Source: Treponema sp. (lineage in GTDB: Bacteria; Spirochaetota; Spirochaetia; Treponematales; Treponemataceae). From it: 64,000 nucleotides of DNA. The notes under the pieces were generated by a model. It saw only the letters and a program-made list of their open reading frames with translations, ran no database searches and had not been told where the DNA came from. The position numbers were made by a program, and so were the translations under genes. Shown piece after piece: positions 1 to 7,259 of the stretch (position 1 is the stretch's first letter; every line of letters begins with the position of its first letter). The DNA is taken from assembly GCA_045616545.1 (NCBI GenBank), contig JAZLGX010000033.1, positions 10,525 to 74,524 of the forward strand, given 5' to 3'.

Positions 1-3
1 AGT

Positions 4-441
4 ATGAAGTACTATGTCAGACAGACAACCAGCCCTCTCAACCCAAAAGAGAAATCCTATCATGCATTTCCTGTACGTCTTGGAATCATGGGAATCGACG
101 AATTTGCCAAAGTTATCTCCCATTCCTGTACTCTTACCCAGGTTGATATTGAGGCAGTACTCAAGTCATTTGTGGAAAATCTGCCCCAGTTTCTTAGAAT
201 GGGGTTTACAGTCAAGCTGGAAAACTTCGGTTCATTCCGCCTCAATTTCAGGAGCAACGGACACACCGATCCAGAGAAAGTTTCTGCCCAGGATATCAAG
301 GATGTCCGTATCGGTTTCCTTGCCAGTTCCAAGTGCAAGAACGAGGTAACCAACGGTCTTACGTTTGAGTTCAGCGGAATCACAAAAGAAGCAGAAGAAA
401 AACCTGCAGAACCGGATGGTGATGATGGAATAGACTTCTAG
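4..441 (+). CDS. HU/histone-like DNA-binding domain protein with acidic C-terminal tail
   Basis: 145-aa ORF. The core FAKVISHSCTLTQVDIEAVLKSFVENLPQFLRMGFTVKLENFGSFRL resembles the helix-helix-beta-arm core of long HU-type DNA-binding proteins. It ends in the acidic tail EEKPAEPDGDDGIDF. Confidence 0.55.
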   Translation: MKYYVRQTTSPLNPKEKSYHAFPVRLGIMGIDEFAKVISHSCTLTQVDIEAVLKSFVENLPQFLRMGFTVKLENFGSFRLNFRSNGHTDPEKVSAQDIKDVRIGFLASSKCKNEVTNGLTFEFSGITKEAEEKPAEPDGDDGIDF

Positions 442-532
442 AGCCGGATGTCAGGTCTATCTTCTACGGAATATTGTTCACTCAGAACTTGTTCCAGTCC
501 AGAAGATATCTCTGACTGCCTGACTGCTGGAA

Positions 533-620
533 TTTTTGCCTATGAAAAATTCAGTTTTTCATAGGCAAATTTTTTATTTTTCCTAGGCAAAAATTTTACT
601 TTTCCTAGGGAAAATCCTTT
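533..620. repeat. Phased 22-bp A/T-tract repeat array, copy 1 (one inverted plus three direct units)
   Basis: Units are GCCTATGAAAAA (inverted), TTTTTCATAGGCAAA, TTTTCCTAGGCAAAAA and TTTCCTAGGGAAAA. The core C[AC]TAGG starts at 560, 582 and 604, an exact 22-bp period. The same architecture occurs at 27587-27668 and, inverted, at 50099-50191. Confidence 0.8.
535..581 (+). terminator. Hairpin plus T-rich tail downstream of the HU-like gene, formed by the first two repeat units
   Basis: TTTGCCTATGAAAAA (535-549), loop TTCAG and TTTTTCATAGGCAAA (555-569) form a perfect 15-bp inverted repeat followed by TTTTTTATTTTT. The stem is AT-rich, so efficiency is uncertain. Confidence 0.45.
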
Positions 621-652
621 TTATACAAATCTGAGAGACTTTATCTATCATA

Positions 653-2026
653 ATGAAACTGAAGACACGTAATTATTATAATTTTGCATACGATGCTATA
701 TCTTACTATGACTTGAGCCGCAATGACGAGCTTATTCTTGACTATATACTGAGCTTTGCACTTTCGGGTAAGGCATATACTATGGATTTATACGACCACG
801 GCATCAAACGCCGGTACTACTGGATAAAATACGATGCCCTCATTACTGCTTATAATGGTGTTAACAACGAACGGCATATACTGGATATAACAAGGACAGA
901 TGTCTTGGGGCGCAAGATAAAGGAACTGACAGAAAAAGGCATTATCTACTACAGACTCCTGAACAAACGTAATACTCCAGAGGGTAGACACGAAAGAGGA
1001 AACTACACATACATAGCGATTGACACAGATGCAATGAGATTCCTGATGGGAGGCGACTCTCCATATCTTGCCCGCAGTGTAGAAAACTCCATACAAGATA
1101 TCGACACGTTGGCAGAGAGGGAAAACAACACTCGTGACATCGGCAATCAGACCGGCTGTACTGCCGGAAAAGATACAGACATTGCCGGACAATCTGGCAG
1201 CAGCAGTACAGTGCAGTCCATGACAATTGATATGATACAGGCGGAACAGCCTGACACTACAAAGTCAACTGACAGCTGTACAGAAGAATCTGTACCCTGC
1301 ATATCGGGAGATACACATCCTGTAGACTCACAGGTCAATACAAAGACCATATATTCAGAAGATAATGAATTTAAAAGACCCTGGGACATTGATGAAACCG
1401 CAACTCCTATTGCATCCATGCTGGCAAAGATACTCAGCAAACTGGGCGGAGTGTACAAGGATTTTCTGACAGAGAGGACTGTAGCATCCTGTGTAGCAAA
1501 CGGCTTTACTTCCAGTGAAGATATATGTGCTTATCTTGATTATATTTATCACAACATGGAATCCAACAAGGACATAAGGAACAGACCAAGTTATTTTATA
1601 AAAGCAGCCACAGGCTGTGCCTACGGCAAGGCTTTCCTTGAGCGTAAGAATCAGAAAATCAGCAGCAGTTCAACAAAAAGTGTAAACTCTGATCCTGCAA
1701 GGAGCAGCGGCTGTAAACGTGAAGACACCGACATGCATGACCGTGGTCCGGATGTCATTCTGGTACGCCCTACCCATGAGTGCCCGGTATGTGGCGGTAC
1801 ATATTCCGATGAAGCCGGCATCTGTACTACCTGTGGGCTCAAGGATGAGAATGATGCAAAGGATCTTGCCATCGCAAGAGCTACATTTGCATTGGATGAA
1901 GAAAGCCGCAAAGAAATGCTGTACCGTCTTAACCGCAACACACTCAGCATGCTTTGGTTTTATGATAAGGCCAAGGCAATGGCCGAACGGCAATCAATAT
2001 ACGCAGAATACGGTATAAAAACATAA
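653..2026 (+). CDS. Hypothetical protein with an N-terminal winged-helix-like region, a Ser/Thr/Asp-rich linker and a C-terminal zinc ribbon
   Basis: 457-aa ORF. The N-terminus contains ...VLGRKIKELTEKGIIYYRL..., the middle is low-complexity, and the C-terminus has CPVCGGTYSDEAGICTTCG. The internal and antisense ORFs in the track are shorter and nested. Confidence 0.65.
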   Translation: MKLKTRNYYNFAYDAISYYDLSRNDELILDYILSFALSGKAYTMDLYDHGIKRRYYWIKYDALITAYNGVNNERHILDITRTDVLGRKIKELTEKGIIYYRLLNKRNTPEGRHERGNYTYIAIDTDAMRFLMGGDSPYLARSVENSIQDIDTLAERENNTRDIGNQTGCTAGKDTDIAGQSGSSSTVQSMTIDMIQAEQPDTTKSTDSCTEESVPCISGDTHPVDSQVNTKTIYSEDNEFKRPWDIDETATPIASMLAKILSKLGGVYKDFLTERTVASCVANGFTSSEDICAYLDYIYHNMESNKDIRNRPSYFIKAATGCAYGKAFLERKNQKISSSSTKSVNSDPARSSGCKREDTDMHDRGPDVILVRPTHECPVCGGTYSDEAGICTTCGLKDENDAKDLAIARATFALDEESRKEMLYRLNRNTLSMLWFYDKAKAMAERQSIYAEYGIKT

Positions 2027-2070
2027 AGACACCCCAAGGGGTGCCTTCATGTTACATGACTATAATAAGT

Positions 2071-2418
2071 TTATTCAGCTTCGATCTGCTTGATGGAACA
2101 GTCGCTTCCACTTTGCAGATAAGTATGTTCACTACCACAGTGTGGACATATCTTTCCATGCTGTAATGTAGGATACGTTTTCTCACAGTCTTCACAGAAT
2201 GTGACTGCAGGAAGAGTCTCAAAGATAAGCTTTGCATCTTCAAGAAGCGGGCCTTCCTTTTTTACGGCCCAGTTCCAGCAGTCTTCCAGGTATTCGTTTA
2301 CAATACCTGAAACTTCGCCAACTTGCAGCGTTACAGAATGAACTTTAGTAGCTCCATTCTCCAGCGCTGCATTCTTGACGTCCTTGACTATGTAAAATGT
2401 TACGCCAAGTTCGTGCAT
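2071..2418 (-). CDS. hypA: Hydrogenase nickel-insertion metallochaperone HypA
   Basis: 115 aa. It has the MHELGV N-terminus (Ni site) and a CEDC...CPHC zinc motif, with typical length. Confidence 0.9.
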   Translation of the reverse strand: MHELGVTFYIVKDVKNAALENGATKVHSVTLQVGEVSGIVNEYLEDCWNWAVKKEGPLLEDAKLIFETLPAVTFCEDCEKTYPTLQHGKICPHCGSEHTYLQSGSDCSIKQIEAE

Positions 2419-2442
2419 TTTACTTCGCTCCGCTAAGTTATT

Positions 2443-2497
2443 TTGCTCCGAAAAATTATTTTTCCCAGAAAAATTATTTTACTTTGTAAAATTACTT
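2443..2497. repeat. Three degenerate 18-bp direct repeats in the spacer between the oxidoreductase gene and hypA
   Basis: The units are CCGAAAAATTATTT, CAGAAAAATTATTT and TGTAAAATTACTTT. The G of GAAAA/GTAAA falls at 2450, 2468 and 2486, an 18-bp period. Confidence 0.6.
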
Positions 2498-5371
2498 TAC
2501 TCTTGGGTAATCTTCAGGATCAACAAAGTAGTGATCTGGATCATTCTTGATTACAGCTGCTGCCTTATCACTCTTGAACACCATGTTCACTACACGTTTT
2601 GCCTGGTATGGCAATATCTTCTTGAACTTATCTTCAGCTACTACCATTCTTGATGCACCAGGTATGTCACGTACAAGATGTATTGCGTCAAACTCACACT
2701 TTGTAGTACATACACCACATCCAAGACACTTGTTGCTGTCCACTACGTTGGCTCCACACTTGAGACAACGAGATGTCTCTATCTTAATCTGTTCCTCTGT
2801 AAGTGTCAGGTGGTTTTCTTCAAAGCTCTTGGAGTCAATGCTTGTATCTACCCCTGCTTCCTGTCTTCCGGCATTGTCATAGCTGTCTACGCGGATATCA
2901 TCTTTGTTAAGGGCGATAAATTCGTTGCGGTTACGTCCCATTGTCATGTCTCCGCCACGTACAAAGCGGTGTATTGACTCAGAAGCAAACTGTCCTGCAG
3001 CGATAGCATCAATTGCAAACTTTGGTCCTGTATATACGTCTCCACCTACGAAGATATCAGGGCAATTCTTTACCTGATATGTTAATCCGTCTGCCTGGAG
3101 AGCAGGTCCCTTGAACTCTGCCTTTTCGTCCTTGAGGAGATCTCCCCATACACTTGCCTGTCCTACGGCAAAGATTACTCTGTCACACTTGATTTCAATT
3201 GTAACGCTTTCGTCATACTTAGGATCAAAGCGACCTTCTGCATTCTTTACCTGTGTACACTTCTTGAATATGATGCCTGTTACCTTTGTGCCATCTGTGA
3301 GAACTTCCTTTGGTCCCCATCCGCACTTGATTTCTACACCATCTTCTCCTGCTTCACGGATTTCTTCCTTACTTGCAGGCATTTCTGCTTCGCTTTCGAG
3401 ACAAAGCTGTGTTACATGGGCAGCTCCGTTACGGGCACTGCAGCGGCTGGCATCGATTGCTACGTTACCACCACCTACTACTACTACATTTCCTGTAAAC
3501 TCTGCACCACCGCAGTTAGCTTCCTTGAGGTAATCTATTGCAGTAAAGGTTCCTTCTGCTGTATCACCTGGGATGTTAGGTCTTCGACCTGCTGAACATC
3601 CGATTGCAACGTAGAATGCCTTGTATCCCTGAGCACGGAGTTCTGCAAGGCTTATGTCCTTACCTACTTCTACTCCAGTTCTGATGTCAACGCCCATTTC
3701 TCTCATTACATCGATTTCTGCAGCGAGGACTTTCTTTCCAAGTTTGTATGAAGGAATACCGTAGCGGAGCATACCTCCGGCCTCCGCATTCTTTTCGAAT
3801 ACTGTTGGCTTATAACCTCTTTCTGCAAGATAGAATGCAGCTGTAAGACCTGCTGGACCTGCACCGATGATTGCAATCTTATCAGTCCACTCTGTATAGC
3901 GGCTTGATGCAACAACTGGCTTTGGAATATAACGTGTTGATGCGTCAAGGTCACGTTCTGCAAGGAACTTCTTTACGGCATCAATAGATACTGCCTGGTC
4001 AATTGTGCCACGTGTACATGCGTCTTCACATCTCTTGTTACATACACGTCCACATACTGCTGGGAACGGATTCTTCTTCTTGATAAGAGCAAGAGCATCT
4101 GCATAGCGTCCCTGAGCTGCCATGCGGATATATCCCTGTACGGCAATATGTGCTGGACAGGCAGTCTTACAAGGAGCTGTTCCTGTCTCATGACACTGGA
4201 TGCGGTTAGAGTTACGATAGTTATCATCGTATCTTGACTCAGGCCATTTGTGGTTATCAGGAAGCTTGATCTTAGGATACTTGACGTTGCTTCCGTCTTT
4301 CTTGCAAAGCTTCTGGCCAAGCTTACATGCACCGGCTGGACAATACTCTACACAGCGTCCGCAGGCTACACACTTGTCCTTGTCTACGTGAGCAGTATAT
4401 GGAGAACGGCTCATGTTAGGAGTATTAAAGAGCTGTGAAGTACGAAGAGCATTACAAATCTGAACGTTACAGTTACAGATACCAAAAATCTTGTTTTCGC
4501 CGTCAATGTTTGTTACCTGGTGAACAAATCCGTTTTCTTCTCCTTTTGCAAGGATACGGAGAGCTTCATCTACAGTGATTTTGTGACCCTTGTTTGTTTC
4601 TACCATGTAGCGCGCAAAGTCACCTACACCAATACACCACTGGAAGTCATCATCAGCACAACCTTCGCCGATTGCCTTGCGGCTTGCACGACATGAACAG
4701 CGGCCTACGGCGATGCTGTCCTCATACTTCTTGAGCCAGTAAGAAAGATGCTCGCAGTCTTCTGTCTTATTTTCCATGGTGATGGCTTTTTCGACAGGGA
4801 TAACGTGCATACCGATTCCGGCACCACCTTGTGGCACCATCTGTGTGATTCCCTTAAGAGGGATATATGTCATACGTTCAAAGAATGAACCGATAGCTGG
4901 ATGTTCATCAAGACGAGGATTACTTCCTTCAGGACCTACTTCATCCATATTGAAAAGTTCTGCACTTCCAGGAACAAACATAGGAAGAATATAGCGACGC
5001 TCTGACATTGGAGCTGTACGGCCATTGTGGTCATAGTGATAACCATAATCATATTCAATGAGACCAAGATAAGCCATGTGGTCTACTATCTTCTGGAAAC
5101 CGTCCTTCCCAACTTCCTCAACCTTTGCCTTGTTAAGCTCACAAAGTTCTTCAAAAGTATAGTGATGACGCTTTTCCATTGTGAGGCCAACTTCTGCCTC
5201 TTCTTCTGTAATGATGTCTGCAAGACCCCAATACTCAGGATCTTCTACTGTTACCTTACCAAGCTTATGGGAAGCAACATCAGTAATTTTTTTTCCCAAG
5301 GCAATAATCTTTTCGCTTGGGTTCTTGTCACCCTGATGAGGAGGAATGACATTCTTGTTCTGCTCTACCAT
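2492..5371 (-). CDS. Multidomain Fe-S flavoprotein: Cys-rich N-terminal domain, ferredoxin motifs, GltD/NfnB-like FAD-NAD(P)H oxidoreductase and C-terminal 2x[4Fe-4S]
   Basis: 959 aa. IAIIGAGPAGLTAAFYLAERGY...GGMLRYGIPSYKL is a GltD-type dinucleotide fold. Fe-S motifs include CVACGRCVEYCP, CKTACPAH, CGRVCNKRCEDAC, and CLKCG..CLGCGVCTTKC at the C-terminus. The N-terminal ~330 aa (CSCRASRK..C..WC, ICNCNVQIC) is not assignable by eye. AAGGAGAA lies upstream of the ATG. Confidence 0.85.
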   Translation of the reverse strand: MVEQNKNVIPPHQGDKNPSEKIIALGKKITDVASHKLGKVTVEDPEYWGLADIITEEEAEVGLTMEKRHHYTFEELCELNKAKVEEVGKDGFQKIVDHMAYLGLIEYDYGYHYDHNGRTAPMSERRYILPMFVPGSAELFNMDEVGPEGSNPRLDEHPAIGSFFERMTYIPLKGITQMVPQGGAGIGMHVIPVEKAITMENKTEDCEHLSYWLKKYEDSIAVGRCSCRASRKAIGEGCADDDFQWCIGVGDFARYMVETNKGHKITVDEALRILAKGEENGFVHQVTNIDGENKIFGICNCNVQICNALRTSQLFNTPNMSRSPYTAHVDKDKCVACGRCVEYCPAGACKLGQKLCKKDGSNVKYPKIKLPDNHKWPESRYDDNYRNSNRIQCHETGTAPCKTACPAHIAVQGYIRMAAQGRYADALALIKKKNPFPAVCGRVCNKRCEDACTRGTIDQAVSIDAVKKFLAERDLDASTRYIPKPVVASSRYTEWTDKIAIIGAGPAGLTAAFYLAERGYKPTVFEKNAEAGGMLRYGIPSYKLGKKVLAAEIDVMREMGVDIRTGVEVGKDISLAELRAQGYKAFYVAIGCSAGRRPNIPGDTAEGTFTAIDYLKEANCGGAEFTGNVVVVGGGNVAIDASRCSARNGAAHVTQLCLESEAEMPASKEEIREAGEDGVEIKCGWGPKEVLTDGTKVTGIIFKKCTQVKNAEGRFDPKYDESVTIEIKCDRVIFAVGQASVWGDLLKDEKAEFKGPALQADGLTYQVKNCPDIFVGGDVYTGPKFAIDAIAAGQFASESIHRFVRGGDMTMGRNRNEFIALNKDDIRVDSYDNAGRQEAGVDTSIDSKSFEENHLTLTEEQIKIETSRCLKCGANVVDSNKCLGCGVCTTKCEFDAIHLVRDIPGASRMVVAEDKFKKILPYQAKRVVNMVFKSDKAAAVIKNDPDHYFVDPEDYPRVK

Positions 5372-5440
5372 ATATTCTCCTTACACAACCATTTATAGTT
5401 TCAACCAAAAGTCAGCCATTAATTTTGCACAATATAATAT

Positions 5441-6112
5441 TTACGACTTCCACTTTTGGGTTTCATCCAAAATCCAGTCTGCAAATTCCTGCATTCCCTC
5501 TCCGGACTTTGCACATACAGGTATGACCTTTGCCCTAGGATTCAGGTCAGCAATATATTTCCTGACTGCATCCATGTCAAAATCAAAGACTTCCATTACA
5601 TCAACTTTATTTATAAGGACCAGATCCACCACACTGAACATAAGAGGATACTTCAAAGGCTTATCATGCCCCTCCGGAACGCTCAGTATCATTACATTCT
5701 TGCAGGCTCCCGTATCAAACTCCGCAGGACAAACAAGGTTTCCGATGTTCTCAAGGATGCAAAGGTCCACACCGTCAAGATCCATATTCTTAAGTCCTTC
5801 CTTTGTCATGCCTGCATCTACATGGCAAAGCCCTCCTGTGTGAATCTGTATAGACTGAACGCCACAGGTTTCAGAAATCTTTACAGCGTCAACATCAGAA
5901 TCAACATCAGCTTCCATGACAGCTACATTGATCTTATCCTTAAGTCTTGTAATTGTATTGATTAGAGTTGTTGTCTTGCCGGCCCCTGGGGAAGCCATAA
6001 GATTCAAAAAGAAAACACCCTTTTCCTTAAGGTCTTTTCTAACTAATGCTGCCTCAGCATTGTTATCAGCATATACGCTCTTCTGTAGTTCAATAACTTT
6101 GATTGTACCCAT
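5441..6112 (-). CDS. hypB: Hydrogenase nickel-incorporation GTPase HypB
   Basis: 223 aa. It carries the P-loop SPGAGKTTTL, the ENIGNLVCPAEFD motif and the NKVD guanine-specificity motif. Confidence 0.9.
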   Translation of the reverse strand: MGTIKVIELQKSVYADNNAEAALVRKDLKEKGVFFLNLMASPGAGKTTTLINTITRLKDKINVAVMEADVDSDVDAVKISETCGVQSIQIHTGGLCHVDAGMTKEGLKNMDLDGVDLCILENIGNLVCPAEFDTGACKNVMILSVPEGHDKPLKYPLMFSVVDLVLINKVDVMEVFDFDMDAVRKYIADLNPRAKVIPVCAKSGEGMQEFADWILDETQKWKS

Positions 6113-6211
6113 AGTATCTCAATTATAATATATAAAGTTGAATCCGTAAAACAATCTTTTATCTAAAGTTGAATTCCTTGCACAAAGCTATGAGTTCAAG
6201 CATTTAGTTAT

Positions 6212-6247
6212 GGGCATCTCTAAGAAATGCAATTTTCAGAGGTTCCC
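6212..6247. repeat. 36-nt imperfect palindromic intergenic element, copy A
   Basis: GGGCATCTCTAAGAAATGCAATTTTCAGAGGTTCCC is identical at 32/36 positions to 23727-23762. GGG..CCC, CTCT..AGAG and AAATTG/CAATTT arms can pair. Confidence 0.75.
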
Positions 6248-6459
6248 TTATAAAGCAGGACTTAATTTTTTTTAAATAATATTGTTGAAACTGAAAAGAT
6301 CGATACAGATTAGCTGAAGTATCCTAACAGAAAATCTCTATTTTGACTAGTTTTTTTTACTTTTATTGTAAATTTAAGAATAATATATTGCGGATTTGTT
6401 ACTATCAACCTGATATGCCACTGCTATCATAATCAGAAGCATATCAGACCTCATCGTAT

Positions 6460-6497
6460 TAGGGTATCTTCAAAAATTGCTATTACAGCAGATCCTA
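6460..6497. repeat. Possible degenerate copy of the 36-nt palindromic element, overlapping the methyltransferase stop codon
   Basis: TAGGGTATCTTCAAAAATTGCTATTACAGCAGATCCTAG keeps the TAGGG-ATCT-AAATTGC-ATT frame but has a diverged right arm. Confidence 0.3.
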
Positions 6498-7214
6498 GTC
6501 TTTTTTGCTCAGATAAAAGAGGCGTCTCTTTTCTTCTGGTTCTCCAGGCCAGGCAAAATGCTCAAGCTTATCGATGGAAAAATATCTTGACAAGATTCGA
6601 GTCCATTCCTGATCTGTACGGCTTACCATCCTAAGGACATCGTCAACATAAATATTGTTTCCATTTTTTATGGTAACGTGTTTTTCTGCATTTTCTTTAG
6701 GTTCCATATAGTGATTCATTCCGATTACGATTTTGGCACCTCTTGAAGTTATGCGACTAAAGTTTCTGATGATACTACCTGCGATTTCTTCAGGCAGAAC
6801 ATCAATTACATTGGAACAGAATATCCCGTCATAGGACTCTGACTGAACTGTATCAAGAAAATCTACATCTATTTTTCTGACAGAGACCTTGTCACTTACA
6901 CCAAATGCAGCTGTAACAAGAGTTGCTAGGTGACATCCGTGTTCTGCCGTATCAACTGCATCTACAGTGCATTGTGCAGATTTGGCAATACCTACACTTC
7001 CCCAGCCTTCTCCGCACCCATAGTCCATGACTTTCTTGCAGCCAACAAATGCTGCAAGAGAATCTGCAAGTTTTTCAGAAGCCGTAAGGTCCTTCCAGTC
7101 ACTGTCTTTCGTCACAGTCTTTAGGTATTCCTCATACTCCGGAGTGTTGGCAACAAAGGCTTTATCCCAAAACTCCAGTGATTTGTCATTTACATTTTGC
7201 AATTCATTTTCCAT
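6495..7214 (-). CDS. Class I SAM-dependent methyltransferase
   Basis: 239 aa. It has the motif I VMDYGCGEGWGS and a downstream acidic/aromatic pattern (FCSNVIDVL). It lies 45 nt downstream of pbpC on the same strand. Confidence 0.8.
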   Translation of the reverse strand: MENELQNVNDKSLEFWDKAFVANTPEYEEYLKTVTKDSDWKDLTASEKLADSLAAFVGCKKVMDYGCGEGWGSVGIAKSAQCTVDAVDTAEHGCHLATLVTAAFGVSDKVSVRKIDVDFLDTVQSESYDGIFCSNVIDVLPEEIAGSIIRNFSRITSRGAKIVIGMNHYMEPKENAEKHVTIKNGNNIYVDDVLRMVSRTDQEWTRILSRYFSIDKLEHFAWPGEPEEKRRLFYLSKKD

Positions 7215-7259
7215 TTTTTATTTCTCCCATAAAATTTTATGTCAGCCATCATTACACTT

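Noticed and set aside
14-383. 111-aa and 107-aa ORFs overlapping the HU-like gene in other frames
   Set aside because: They lie entirely within the better-supported 4-441 ORF. They have no SD and low-complexity, Ser/Leu/Arg-rich shadow-frame composition.
533-620. The 22-bp repeat arrays as a CRISPR array, or as plasmid iterons or an oriC
   Set aside because: The units are contiguous with no unique spacers, are only about 22 bp and AT-rich, and no cas genes are present. Near-identical arrays occur at two unrelated chromosomal promoters. No DnaA-box-like motifs or replication genes accompany copies 2 and 3.
788-2018. Seven nested sense and antisense ORFs (65-134 aa) inside the 653-2026 gene
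   Set aside because: These are typical shadow ORFs of a long gene. None has a ribosome-binding site or a recognisable motif.
2492-5371. Annotating the 959-aa protein simply as glutamate synthase small subunit
   Set aside because: Only the central ~450 aa resembles GltD. There is no GltB partner, and the extra N- and C-terminal Fe-S domains indicate a different, unassigned oxidoreductase.
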